From positions 2,232,001 to 2,296,000 of the forward strand of contig AP026124.1 of NCBI GenBank assembly GCA_030295235.1: a stretch of DNA of 64,000 bases. The letters run 5' to 3'. A program made the position numbers and the translations under genes. Positions 1 to 12,040 of the stretch are shown in pieces (position 1 is the stretch's first letter; every line of letters starts with the position of its first letter). This DNA is from Fistulifera solaris (lineage: Eukaryota). The notes under the pieces were generated by a model. That model saw nothing but the letters and a program-made list of their open reading frames with translations. It did no database searches and was not told the DNA's origin.

Positions 1-76
1 TTTCGGGAAGCCAATAATAGCGAAATTGAGTAGCCAGGAGGCATCACCGGTTACGTTGTAATCATTCACAAGCGAC

Positions 77-277
77 TCAAGGGGGAGGACGGGGGCGAGG
101 CTCGCGATACACGAGCTCTAAACTTCTTTCCATTGCGTTCGATGGAGCCAAATAGGAAGTCGTGAGGTCTGAAGAAATGGGGCGTGTGTGCCAGTGTCCC
201 AAGGCGATATTGATGAATGATAATATGAAGGCGGCGGTAGCTAAGAGCAAATACGGTAAGAAACTCCGTCTGATCAT
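77..277 (-). CDS. Possible N-terminus of a secreted or membrane protein running off the window start
   Basis: MIRRSFLPYLLLATAAFILSF is a hydrophobic leader, divergent from the protease gene. The ORF ends at a C-run, which may be a frameshift. No recognisable domain. Confidence 0.3.
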   Translation of the reverse strand: MIRRSFLPYLLLATAAFILSFINIALGHWHTRPISSDLTTSYLAPSNAMERSLELVYREPRPRPPP

Positions 278-642
278 CGTTTGTGTTTCGTGTTAGAACC
301 TGTCGTCATGGTCGAGGTGGCGGTTTCATGAATTTTGCGTGCCATGGTCACAAATGTTTTTCTCCTTTTTTGATTGTGGCATTCGTGAATGCCACAGCTT
401 GTCGTAGCGGTCTTTTGTCCGCATACCAGGTGTGCATCTTGTCCGTTGATCATATCGCGGACGAAAACGGTATCCGAATTCTCCAAATCAATGTACTTTC
501 AACATTCTCAACGTTTACATTTTTCGGTAGAGTGCACCGATTTCGGCCTTTTAGCTTACGCAAAAACCCGAAAAGACATCCACCAAACGCAACAAGCCAC
601 TTTTCCGGAAACGAGATCACCTCCACGCTTCAAGCTACCACG

Positions 643-2058
643 ATGCTTACTTTCTTCTTTTTTCTCATACTATCCGTCTCGCATGCACAACAAAATACTG
701 AGAATATTAGGGAACTCATTGTTGGGGGCGAAGAAGCGAAAGAAGGGAGGTTTTCCTTCGCCGAGATTAGTTTGCAAATAAGGCGGTCCCATCAATGCGG
801 CGGAACACTCATCGCCCCAGATATGATACTGACAGCCGCTCATTGTCAAAGCTGGATAGACACGGCACACATTCATCGCTACGACTTTAAAAACAGTGCG
901 GATGTCTACATGGAAATGGATCCAGCATTCATTCATGTACATCCAGATTTCAATCCATCTACCTTCCAAGCTGATTTTTCCGTTGTGGGCTTGAGCAAGC
1001 CCGTACCGTCTGCGCAAATAGTAAGACTCAACACAGATGCAAGCGTTCCGTCTGCAAATGACCCCGTTGTTGTCATTGGGTGGGGTGCAATTAATATTAC
1101 CGATCCTTCTAACACAATCTACCCAAATCGACTCCAAAAAGCCCACATCAATTACATTACCAACGAAGATTGCGAAAAAGCAGAAGTACAAGGACAAGCG
1201 TTATACACCGGTGAAATATTTAGTAACATGCTGTGCGCTACCAGTCCTGGAGTCGACGCGTGTCGAGGTGACTCGGGAGGACCATTAATCGTGGAAGGTG
1301 CTGTCGAAGGTGAAGATGTGCAAGTAGGAATAGTGAGTTGGGGGAGAGGTTGCGCTCTTTTTCCGGGTGTTTACAGTCGTGTGAGTGATGGATATGACTG
1401 GATTCGAAAAGAGGTTTGTGCTTTTTCTGTGGATCCTCCCGCTTACATGAGGTGCCTCGACGAAGAGCGTGACTCAAAATTCTTGTCACCGGACACTATA
1501 GAGCAAAGTATTCCGAGTAAGGCACCCGTACTCCACCGATCCAGTGGTAGAGTGGATGTGGAAATTTCCATTCAATTGGATCTGCAAAGTCACGAAACGT
1601 CATGGACTTTGTCCGACAATGACGGCAACGTCTTGGTTCACGTGCCATATGGTGCCTATGACAGTTTCTCTGCTCAAACTATTGACTTTACTGTGCGAGT
1701 CGATGAAGGATCGGATTTATTTTTCGTCATAAAAGACGAGGCGTTTAATGGCATGAGTCGAGGGGTTTCTGGTTGGTATAAAATTTTTATTCTGTCCGAC
1801 CTCCAAAGAGTCGAAATAATTTCGGGCGATGGAGACTACGGGCGTGTCGCGTTTCATAGATTTACCGCCAGTCTATCATCGACTGTCGGGGATTGGGAAC
1901 AGTCAAGCAATCCAAGAGACGACAACGGTCCGGACGTCGTTTCTGGGACCCTTCTAGACATTTCAAGGGATCACACGAGTGGTACCTTTTTTCATACAAC
2001 GGGCACTCTTCTGTCAGCGTCGTTGTGCCTTATCGTTCTTGGATCCAGATGTATATAG
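643..2058 (+). CDS. Secreted trypsin-like (S1) serine protease with C-terminal extension and hydrophobic tail
   Basis: Signal peptide MLTFFFFLILSVSHA, then IVGG, LTAAHC, DFSVV, GDSGGP, SWGRGC and PGVYSRV. Hydrophobic C-terminus (LLSASLCLIVLG). Confidence 0.92.
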   Translation: MLTFFFFLILSVSHAQQNTENIRELIVGGEEAKEGRFSFAEISLQIRRSHQCGGTLIAPDMILTAAHCQSWIDTAHIHRYDFKNSADVYMEMDPAFIHVHPDFNPSTFQADFSVVGLSKPVPSAQIVRLNTDASVPSANDPVVVIGWGAINITDPSNTIYPNRLQKAHINYITNEDCEKAEVQGQALYTGEIFSNMLCATSPGVDACRGDSGGPLIVEGAVEGEDVQVGIVSWGRGCALFPGVYSRVSDGYDWIRKEVCAFSVDPPAYMRCLDEERDSKFLSPDTIEQSIPSKAPVLHRSSGRVDVEISIQLDLQSHETSWTLSDNDGNVLVHVPYGAYDSFSAQTIDFTVRVDEGSDLFFVIKDEAFNGMSRGVSGWYKIFILSDLQRVEIISGDGDYGRVAFHRFTASLSSTVGDWEQSSNPRDDNGPDVVSGTLLDISRDHTSGTFFHTTGTLLSASLCLIVLGSRCI

Positions 2059-2535
2059 GCACTTTAAATGAATTAATTTTAAAGATCGAATAATAAATGC
2101 CTTTCATGCCGGTTGCTGTTGCCTACAGTACTCGTTGATTATTTACTATAGATAAAAAGTGTCTCCAAAAGTTCACGCGACTGGCTTATCAGAGTTAATC
2201 ACGAATAGCTTGAGGGCAATCGTTGACCTTCCCTGTATTGCTTGCACCCACATAAATCTTCATTTATTCCATTTGGAAGTCCAATTTATGTCAATTGTCA
2301 TCGAGAGTGAGCTACACCGGAGAATAATGACGGATTTCATATTATTTGACTGTTCACCCAAGGGTGAAGGAAACCTTGTTTCGTGATGGATTTTCATCCG
2401 TGACTCACTCGAAGCAACGAAAAAAAGCGGCGATATGACGCGGTCTTCATCAATATCATCATCCTTCCTCATCATACAAAAATAATACTCCGGAGTATAC
2501 TTTTAATCACTCAAAGATCTCACAATTGAAGGACT

Positions 2536-3337
2536 ATGTGGAGGATATTACTTCTTTGGCTGGGAATGTGTGAAGCCTTTCCGTTCGCCCCGACATCGTC
2601 ACGGCCATCCACGCGACGTTTCGTCTCGGAATTGCACATTCCAGCGTACCGGACCTCCAAATTACCCTTTTACTCGATTCAGTGACGCACATTCAACCCC
2701 GTACGTACCAAGCGGACCGCGATTATACATCCTATCTGATACAGAACCACGGTGGCGGATTGGTGCATCAGACCAACCGGCCTTTGTTTTCGGACCTAGA
2801 ATGTCACACCATTGTACAAGAAGCCGAACAGGTCGCACGCCAACGCGATTGGACACGGACACGGCATGGGAATTTTCCCACCACCGATTTGCCGTTAACG
2901 GAATTACCACAAACGATGGCCCTCCTCAAGGAGACGTGGGTCGAACGATTGCAGCCCCTTTTGGCGGATCAATTTCGCAACGTCTTGCCGGATGCGAGTC
3001 GGTTGCGGATTGCCGATGGTTTTGTAGTCAAATACGATGCAGCAGAACAACGAGAATTGAAACCACATCGGGATGGTGCGGTCTTGTCGTTCAATATTGC
3101 TCTCAACCCAGCCAGTGATTACGTAGGGGTGGGACTTGGTTTGCGGCGCTAAATGCACCAATTGTGTTGCCCCAGGGGCATGTCGTAAGTCACGCGTCGG
3201 GCTTGTTGCACGGCGGACAAGCCATAACGGCAGGGCGAAGGTATATACTGGTCGCATTTTGTATTGTGGAAGGATACGACACATGGAGCATGCGCTTCTA
3301 CAATCAAGTTCGAAATGTATCGGGCGATGATTCGTGA
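2536..3337 (+). CDS. 2OG-Fe(II) oxygenase (prolyl/lysyl-hydroxylase-like), probably plastid-targeted; frameshifted
   Basis: Leader MWRILLLWLGMCEAF. Motif FVVKY..LKPHRDGAVLSFNIALN (HxD); after a frameshift at ~3128, GTWF..LLHGGQAITAGRRYILVAF (distal His and RY). A second frameshift lies near 2640. Confidence 0.8.
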
Positions 3338-3420
3338 TAAGACTTTCGATAATTTACACAATAGAATTATAACATAAGGTTTATCACGTATACCATTTTT
3401 CGCTTTTCCTACACATTGCA

Positions 3421-4593
3421 CTAGCAATGCACATCACAAGCATCCAAGGCAATCGACACTTTTTCTTTCGAAAGTTCACTTTCCTTCAGAGCCTTTAAAA
3501 TTAACTTGGTTTGCAACGACACGGAAGTAATTTCTCTCGCCAAATGCGTCGCCGGACAATCCGTCCACCCGTGTTCTTGAATCGATTGACACAAAGTACG
3601 GAAACGACGCCACATCATGACGGCGGCACTCGGACCACCGGGGACATCAATCGCTTCCCCGCGCATCATATCAAAATCTTTGCCACTTTGTGGTGTCCGA
3701 TCGTAGACACGATAGTTGGCCAGTCCGTCAGGATGTGGAATAACGAAATCATTTAACGTCGCGTAACGATTCTTCGAGCGCACTTCCATAATTTGACGCG
3801 TGGGGGTATGTGAATACGCCAATCGACAGTCCAAGGTCACATCGTCCGTGAACCATACGCGACAGGTCGCGGAGGTGGCTTGTCCAGTCACCGGATGTCG
3901 TTCGACTTTTTGTACTTGCGCCGCCGTGGGACGTACTCCTTTGCGGGTCCGCAAAAACATCAGCGCCGCGAGAAGAGCACACGAACGGGCCAAACGACGA
4001 ATCACGCATTGTCCTTCTTGAGGCGGATCTTGCACGCCCAGTACACCGACATCGTCCATATGAATACTTAGTAAGACATCAATCGACTCGATTTTCCCAA
4101 AATCTTCTTCGTACAACACACAGTCCAGAAATGTCTGCACGCGATGCTGATTCTGGAACATGGTAGGGAATTGCAGAAATCGTTGATATTTTTTGGCGTT
4201 TATGAGTTGGGTTCGAAAGTCATCAATGTACGTCGAAATGGGATCGTCCAGTAGGACATGCAACGAGGCTTGTAAGGCCGGTAACACAAATTCCGTTTGC
4301 TGTAAGGTAGGTACCACAACGTAGACGGCATCAATTTCGTTCGATTGCAACATTTCGGTGTATCCTCCGCGCGTCAAAATAGCGGTGGGCGGAATACCGT
4401 GAGAGTTCCGCCATTCCTCAGGATCCGCATCAATCGCCACGACGTAGGTGACGACTCCATTTGAAATAGGACTGGCAATGGCACGAACCGATTGCTCCGG
4501 TAGTGTTCGATCTTTTACCACAATACCGATTCGAAAAGGCTGGACATCAGAAGTGAGCAGTGAGGCCATTTGTGGATTGGCATTATCTTTCAT
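3421..4593 (-). CDS. Gfo/Idh/MocA-family oxidoreductase-like protein (degenerate)
   Basis: FRIGIV.., EMLQSNEIDAVYVVVPT and HVLLDDP in place of the usual HVLxEKP. Intact 390-aa ORF. Confidence 0.7.
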   Translation of the reverse strand: MKDNANPQMASLLTSDVQPFRIGIVVKDRTLPEQSVRAIASPISNGVVTYVVAIDADPEEWRNSHGIPPTAILTRGGYTEMLQSNEIDAVYVVVPTLQQTEFVLPALQASLHVLLDDPISTYIDDFRTQLINAKKYQRFLQFPTMFQNQHRVQTFLDCVLYEEDFGKIESIDVLLSIHMDDVGVLGVQDPPQEGQCVIRRLARSCALLAALMFLRTRKGVRPTAAQVQKVERHPVTGQATSATCRVWFTDDVTLDCRLAYSHTPTRQIMEVRSKNRYATLNDFVIPHPDGLANYRVYDRTPQSGKDFDMMRGEAIDVPGGPSAAVMMWRRFRTLCQSIQEHGWTDCPATHLAREITSVSLQTKLILKALKESELSKEKVSIALDACDVHC

Positions 4594-5226
4594 TGTGGGT
4601 GCTTATTTTGCTTATTATTTGATGAAGCAGCGACTTGTTGTTGACGATAATGATGGGAGAGTATTGCAACTAGAATAAGTGATAGTTATCGCGTTTGATG
4701 TTTGTATAATGAAAGAAAACACGGAGTAAAAACGAACTCTGCTCCAGTTCAAACGCAAACCAAACCATGACGAGGAGAAAGGTGGTGTCAAGGTCTGGAG
4801 TATCATAGTAAAAGTACCGCTGTCGCTTGTGTACATCGAAGTATCTCCCCTGTGTCCCGCCAAAACGAGAACACTTTCGCTGTTATAACATCTATAACGT
4901 GTGTGACATCGGATTCAGTGGGGAATGTGGAACCTTCAATTTTGATTCCGTTGAACCCGGCGGGAGAACGGAGTACCGAATCGACAAACGATCTGTTTTT
5001 CGTTCAAACCCAGTTGCAACGTTTCAACCAACACTTCGAAGAAAAGGGAATTCCCACATCCTGCCGAGTCAAAGAACGATGCAGGGCATTGCTGTTTTGG
5101 CGCAAGAAAGAGAAAGAAGGAGAGAGACAGAGATGCTGTGTGATTGTCCTTGGATATCGGAGTGAGATCAATAGATTGAAGTAGTACGACACGAACGATC
5201 GATTGAATCAACACAAACAAAGGAGA

Positions 5227-5341
5227 ATGAACTTGGAGAGTTCGTTCGAACAACTGTCGATCACAGAGGACACGCCTCTGCGTCGTCCTCGTCTTGTACG
5301 ATTGAATGCTCAACGAGAAATCACTTGTCGTGATCCTCATC

Positions 5342-5375
<34 letters not shown>

Positions 5376-5826
5376 TCGACGTTGTGATAGCACCGACGAG
5401 AAAATCAAAGCAAGCATCGCTGTACAGCCCGACAGTATTCGCGATGACAACAATGACGAGAAGACGCTTGAAACGGTCTTTTCACGCGCACAGAAACGAT
5501 TCCCTCTTCCGTCTCGTCTTTCATCGCGATCGCAAATCGGTGACGAAATGTCCCTGGCATCCATGGGAGCCCAAGAACTGGAATTTTACTGGCAACCCAG
5601 CAGCACCCGCAGTCTCAATACGAATGGCAGTCGTCGAACGCTCCATCGACATGCGACGCCGCCGCATTTGTTGCGTACGTTGACGCTATCGTCGCATCGT
5701 CCGCAAAATCCCGTGGCCGGATTGTGGCGACAGTCGTCCTTGTTGACGAACGACAGTAGCGCACCGTTTTTCTCCAGCAGTCGTCCAAGTAGTACGCGCA
5801 CCTTTGCCAGTACCGAAACGCTGTGA
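5227..5826 (+). CDS. Hypothetical low-complexity protein with a poly-Thr tract
   Basis: ~200-aa ORF, Ser/Arg-rich, containing an (ACG)n tract. No recognisable domain. Confidence 0.45.
5343..5375. repeat. (GAC/ACG)n microsatellite encoding poly-Thr
   Basis: About 10 tandem gac units. Confidence 0.9.
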
Positions 5827-6131
5827 AGGAGTTGTGTGTGCGTATCGATTGAATTTGAGGATGGGTGGGTTTTGAATCATAAATAATAGACTAGTAGTGA
5901 GTGTTTTTGTTCCACGAACAAGCAAGATATAGGCTAGCGTAGCATGTAGAGCATGTTAGAAATGTAGAGTGAATCCTTTAAGTCATGATTCGTTTCGTGA
6001 GAGCGTGTATCGGAGCATTTGTTAGTCTTGATTTCCGTGTCATTGAATTATTAGTGACGGACAGATTGAGTAAAGAACGTGACGTCGTCGAATTATTGTT
6101 TCTTGAATGTGTTCCTCTTGCGTTCCTCTCG

Positions 6132-6497
6132 TTATTTTTCCCAGAAACGGAATCCAAAGTAAAAGATTGTCGCCAAGAAAGGTGCTACAAAGCCACCACC
6201 CCAGAAAATCAAATTGAAGGTATTCTTCTTTTGTTGCACTTCTTCGGCGGTTGGTATCTTGCGTTCCTGCAACGCCACGGTCGTACTACTCATGTGCTGC
6301 ATAATACCCTGTGAAAGAGGTGACTCGGCTGTTGGTAGTTGTGGATAAGTTGGTTGAAAGACGACCATCGGTGGTGGAACATCCACACTCGCGAGTGCTA
6401 GATGTGTCATCGGTGCGCGATGCCGACGGACCGTGAAAGCGGCTACCGCATTCATCCAGCAAATGAAATAATACAAGCACGTGACGGTTGCTCTCAT
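6132..6497 (-). CDS. Small, probably plastid-targeted membrane protein
   Basis: Signal peptide ending AVAAF, a transit-like region, and a C-terminal TM segment (NLIFWGGGFVAPFLATIFYFGF). Confidence 0.7.
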   Translation of the reverse strand: MRATVTCLYYFICWMNAVAAFTVRRHRAPMTHLALASVDVPPPMVVFQPTYPQLPTAESPLSQGIMQHMSSTTVALQERKIPTAEEVQQKKNTFNLIFWGGGFVAPFLATIFYFGFRFWEK

Positions 6498-6845
6498 TTT
6501 CTACTTGGATCGGCTTTGCAAGAGAAGGAATTGTTCAATGAATTAAAGTACCAGTCAATAACAAATTCACTCGGTTGCACTTGTTGTTCATCGTCACAAC
6601 TCACAACCGCAACGAGCGCCAACGCAGAAAGATCGGACTGACACCATTTCGGGACTGATCTGGAATTAGTCAGTCTTGCTAAATAATTTGTACAGTACAC
6701 TCTTACTACACTATCTCGAACCCGGACTGACACTGGTTCGGGATCGATCCAGCACAACTTCAGTCTTGCGAAAAAAGTTTACTATCTTCAAGGTTATGAT
6801 AATCTATAATTTTGTATCTTTAAAATAAAAAGATTTTAGCAGTAT

Positions 6846-6920
6846 GCAGGAATGGTCTAGTTGGTTCATGACGCGTCCTTCACACGGACGAGGTCGGGCG
6901 TTCGAATCGCCCTTCTTGTA
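6846..6920 (+). tRNA. tRNA-Val (anticodon CAC)
   Basis: Acceptor GCAGGAA/TTCTTGT. D-arm with TAGTTGG. Anticodon arm CGTCC-TTCACAC-GGACG. T-arm GGGCG-TTCGAAT-CGCCC. Followed by TTTT (Pol III terminator). Confidence 0.95.
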
Positions 6921-7585
6921 TTTTACCATAATTGTGTATAAGGCCTATCCTGAATCCTATCCGAAGCTCAAAAAAGATTTTTGCGTGGTGCCACGTATGT
7001 ATGCGTCATCACGCCCATAAATTTGGGATGACCATCCTATTATTATGTTGCGCGCACCAAAAATGGGCTCGAACGAAGAAAATCTTGGCAAAATTTTATT
7101 CCCTCCACCAACAACTTAAAAAATTTTACGGCACTTGATTTCCTAAGTAATATCTCTGCCGGCGTGCTCATTTGAAAAGTCTCGTTGGATTGTCAAGGCA
7201 ACGAGATCTCTACTGGTAACGTTCACAGTCAGACGTCAGACGTCTAGAGGTGTCCATCCGCCGTCCGATTGCACGCTCGTTCGCAAAGGCGCAAAGGAGA
7301 CGATCGATGATGTCATTATTCGTACATTTGAAGCTACAGTCCAGCGAACACATGATGAACGTCAGTGCGACATTTCATGCTGAATAACTAATACTTCGTA
7401 CAAAATTGAGAAAGAAGAAGCGAGCGTGAACAACTTCGTTTGGCAGCCCGTGGCTCGAAAAAACTTCAACCAAGCGCGCGTCTTTTTTCGCCCCGTCATG
7501 ACACCAGGGGTAAAAGTTCTGCCTTGAAAAAAATCCTTTGTATCTTTCTGTTAGCAAACAATCTTGTTTCTGTTTATATCCAACC

Positions 7586-8224
7586 ATGTTGAGCCGTTTT
7601 TTCTTCTCTTGCGGCGACCCGTCGTGTGATGACCTCGACGACGACTCGCCTGATGTCGGCCACGGTGGCGGATGTGTCGACGGCCGATGACGCTCTCGAG
7701 TTGAGTGGATACAAGGAGATTAATTTCAAGATTGATGAAGATGCGATGGTTTACGATGCGGTGCAGCGATTTGCGGCCAACAACATTGGTTGCTTGGTGA
7801 CTACGGATAAAGCAGGTACGTTGAATTTGACGTAACTTGTGTACAAATTCCTCTCTACAAAGTACGATTCTCACTTTTCACGTCGCTCTGCTTCAGGAAA
7901 CATGACCGGCATTATCAGTGAACGTGACTACATCTGCAAGGTCGCCTTGTTGGGAAGAACCTCGAAAGAAACACCGATTCGCGAAATCTCGACCCGTGGT
8001 GCCAACATTATTACCGCCAAGGGCAATGAAACCGTCGAGACTTGCATGGAAAAGATGATGACCAAAGGCATTCGACACTTGCCCGTCGTCGATGATGCCG
8101 GTAGTGTGACTGGCTTGATTTCTATCAAGGATTTGGTCAAGACAGTCGTTAGTGAAAAGAGAAGACCATCAAGGTCCTCTCGGACTTTGCACTTGGAAAG
8201 GGTGGCCATTTTGGAAGCGAGTAA
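7586..8224 (+). CDS. CBS-domain pair protein (CBSX3-like, mitochondrial-type leader); intron 7816-7896
   Basis: VYDAVQRFAANNIGCLV and GIISERDY..MEKMMTKGIRHLPVV..GLISIKDLVK. GT-AG intron. Homopolymer frameshifts near 7600 and 8160. Confidence 0.88.
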
Positions 8225-8290
8225 TTTCGTTGTTGTTGTTCTTTTTAAACTTGCAATATAAAGGCGGGAATCGTCTTACTAGGGTAAAGT

Positions 8291-11200
8291 TTACGTAAGA
8301 AAATCAGGATTCTCGCTGAAAACTAGACTCCCGATTTGTTCGTGTAACGACACTTCTGCCTTTTCGTCCAACTTGTCGTAATGATGGTTCAGGATGTTGC
8401 ACAACTCCTGTAAGGCTCTACGTGGCTGCCCCGCTTGTTTGTAGTGATTCGCCTGTTCCAACTTCCTATTAATCATCTCGCTGTGTTGGGGTCCCGTTCG
8501 AACTTCGTTGCTGGAGACGTTCTCGTTCGCATTTACGTGACTGAGTGGATAGTCTGCAATGATCTCGTCGCCCGGGGTGGACACAGCCTCAAGGCCGGTT
8601 GCTGATAAAGTAGAATTACTTGTAATTATTTCAGCAGAGAGGCGATGGCTTTCTTCATCAATACCACTACTAGGCACAGCAGCAGGCTTGCGCTCGTCTT
8701 CGACATTACTGGAGTGGGGACCACGCTGGAAACTGCTAGGAACAGTAGCAGGTTTGACGTCTTCTGACTTGAGTTGAATGCCGCCGCTGACAACAGCCTC
8801 GGATTTGATAGCTGCTGGCTCTTTCTTGACAGTAGACGAAAAAACAGGTCCACCAGATAGACTGAAATCATCGTCAGAGCCAATATCAATAATTTCTCTC
8901 GGCTTGGACACTGGAACCCTTGGTGCATTTAGTGCAAAATCATCAAACTGGAACACCGGTTTTTGGATGGACGATTGCGTGACTGTAGGTTTCGTTTCGA
9001 CCCGTTTCGGTTCCGTGCGCACTGCCGGTACGTGAGGTCTCGTCTCTGTGGCGAACGGCTTTCTGTCGATGGGAGCTTGAGGCGTGTAAGAAAGATTTCT
9101 GGCGAAATTTCGTTCGACACTTGCAAGCATCTCGATAACTTCGTCTCGAGAAGTCGTTGAGAGAAAGCGATCATAAGGAGACGATGAGGGAAAAGTATCA
9201 GAGTCTCGTGGTTTATGTCCACTCGACATTAGATGTTCCATTCTTCCCATCATTCCAAGCCCTGCCAACTCCGGAGTCCATGACATTATCAAGAATGTGA
9301 CGGGGTTGCATACATCGGTAGGTACGGAAGAAAACGCTAGTTTTGTGCCGTCGTGGCCTTCTTCGATAGCGGCAGTATCCGAGGTCTTGTAAAACACATC
9401 GTGACGCGAAAGCCCGAGAACGTTTCTGAACTCGCGAACGAAATCAAAATTACTTTGCGAACAATCGTTCCCTTCTGCTTGAGCCTTTTCTAAAGTAGGA
9501 CACTCGCCTGGTGGAGCCAAGTTGAACATTTTCGAGAGCTCGCTTCGCTCAAAGTATCGTTGCACTTCATCTCCAATTGTCAATACCACGCGGCGAATGC
9601 CGTCCTTGTAAAGCTGTCGCTCGTACATTTTCTCTTCGACTGTACCGGCTGTGATCATACGAAAGACAGTCACTTCTCGCGTTTGCCCAATGCGGTAGGC
9701 CCGACCAATAGCCTGGTCATCTTCCGATGGATTCCATGATGGGTCAAACAAGATGACTCGATCGGCCCCAGTGAGAGTAATTCCGACACCTCCCGCTTTC
9801 GTCGACAACAAAAAGACCTTCTGCAGACTCTTTGGGTTATTAAAGTCATCCACCAGTTGTTGTCGCACGCTTTCCTTTGTATCCCCATCAATGCGCGATA
9901 CGCTAAGATGGAGCTTCCCAAGTAACGCTCGCTGAATAATGTTCAACATCTTGGTGCTTTGCGAAAAGATGAGAATCTTGTGACCTTGATCCGTCATTTT
10001 CTCGACCAAATGCAGCATGGTTTCTAGTTTCGCACTTTGCTCGATGGTTCTGCGCAAATCGGGCACCTCATATTCTTCTTCGTACAGTGCTGGGTGCCCA
10101 CACAGCATCTTCATTCGAGTAATCGCTGCCAATACAATAGCGGTTTCACCTTCTCGAAGAGAACGCAAAATCGATCTTTTATTCAACAGAAACTCGTTGT
10201 ATAGCTCGCGTTGCTGCTCGGACAGATGCGACCAAACAACAATCTCGGTCTTGGTCGGAAGTAACTCGCGCAGGATATCAAATTTACGACGCTGCAGCAA
10301 GAACGGTCGAAGAACTTCTTGCAAGTTCTTGCTTCTGTCGTCACCACGCTGAATGATGTATTCGGAGGCGTTCTTGTCGCGTGCAGCATCAATGATTTTG
10401 ATGTAGGCGTATTTGAACGTCGAGAAATCCCCCAAGAGTCTTCCTGCCGAAATCCAGTCAAAGATTGTCCATAGTTCCTGTCGTCGAACGTCGAAAGTGA
10501 GACCTGCTAACTCGTCTATTTCACATAAAATAATCAGTGCGCACCTCTACGTTGTTCATGATCGGCGTCCCCGTGAGCATAATGCGCTTCGTCTTGTTTT
10601 TACAGATGCTTTGACAACAAGCGTGTGTTTTCGTGCGACGGTTTTTAATTGTGTGTCCTTCATCCAAAACCACGTAATCCCAAACATCTTTTGCACCTCC
10701 CAGGAACAGATCGGTGCACTTTTCCACCATCCCGTAGCTGGTAATGACGAGTTGCGGTCGTTGGGATTTGCTGCGTCGGCTGTCAACCATTAGTGTCAGT
10801 CGTTGTCGTCGTTGGGCGGTTTGTCCCGTTCCAGCACACAGTATTACTTACGCCGCCAGTGCATCTGCCAAGATTCGTTTTCGTTGCAATGGCGAATGAT
10901 CGGCCGACATGACTTGCACCATGGCAATCGGTACACAGGCCAGCAACACTTTGGAAGCTTCTCGTTCCCAAGAACGCAAGACCGATTTGGGAGCCACCAC
11001 GAGAGCATTGCAGATCGTTCCGGCGTTCATTAATCCTCCCAAACACGTCAATGTCGTGAAAGTCTTGCCCATTCCCATCTCATCTCCCAGCAATCCTCCA
11101 CCGCGATGATACAAGCTCGCCATCCAACTGACTCCTTCCACTTGATGGGCAAAGAGTTTTTGATACAAGCTGCGGGGAATACGGAAATCGGGAAACTGAA

Positions 11201-11569
11201 TTCCTTTGTGATTCGGGGCAAAGTACAATTCATTGCGTGATTTATCCAGCATGTAGGGTAATTCAATTGGGTTGTGTTTTTTCGACGACGATTTGGTGCG
11301 CTGCAACGGGACCGAATCGCGGCGGGTGTTTTCCTCTTCGGACGGCACATCGTGTTCATTGACGTTGGGTTCAATCCCCAGAGTTTGCAAAGGTCTTTGA
11401 TCTCTTCCGACGAAGAAGACGACAAGGAAGAAGAGAGAGAAGAGGATCGGGAACAGTCGGTATCATATTCTTGTGTTTTAGGTTTCTTCGACTGTGACGA
11501 GGAGTCGCTCTCGTCACTCGAAAACTCAACGGAACGACGACGCGTCAGGTCGTTCGGTGTCGAGTCCAT
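8291..11569 (-). CDS. SNF2-family helicase (ERCC6L/PICH-like); intron ~10478-10544
   Basis: KLFAHQVEGVSW, GGLLGDEMGMGKT, VVLDEGHTIKN, LTGTPIMNN, KILIFSQ, LLSTKAGGVGITLTGADRVILFDPSWNP and QAIGRAYRIGQ. Confidence 0.88.
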
Positions 11570-12040
11570 CTCATGCGATACTCCCAAAGAGGATTGAATG
11601 GATGAGTTAGTGCGAATAAGGAAGTAATTCTGCGGCAATGCTTTTGAGTTGGATTTAAAAGTGATGCGACTGCTATTGTGTCGAACAACCAAAGTGCGCC
11701 GTGCGTGTTGAGAGTTTAGAGGGGCAACGCAACAAAGCGGAGCGCGCGCGTCTTTGTTGTTCAAAATGCGCGCCGGTCGGTTCAAATAAAAAATGAGGTC
11801 GTTTACCACCTAATCAAATATGGTCCTAAAGTCGTAACGGTAGTAAATGAAACCATGGGGGAATTTTGCGTTCGTGAACCAAGAGGAAAATGTGAATCAA
11901 ATGCACAGCAACAAAAAGGAAAAGGCAAAATAGAACAGTTATAATTATAGGACGTTTTATTAAACGCAATTCATTGAATCTCTATTAACTATTACTCATC
12001 GCAATTCACAGTTCGTCTCTTTCAAATTCTTCGAAGAAGA

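Noticed and set aside
283..642. N-terminal 120 aa of the 591-aa ORF
   Set aside because: Non-ATG start. The signal peptide begins at ATG 643, so this is 5' UTR or promoter.
6846..6920. tRNA as an integration site
   Set aside because: No duplicated tRNA 3' end, integrase or LTR found nearby.
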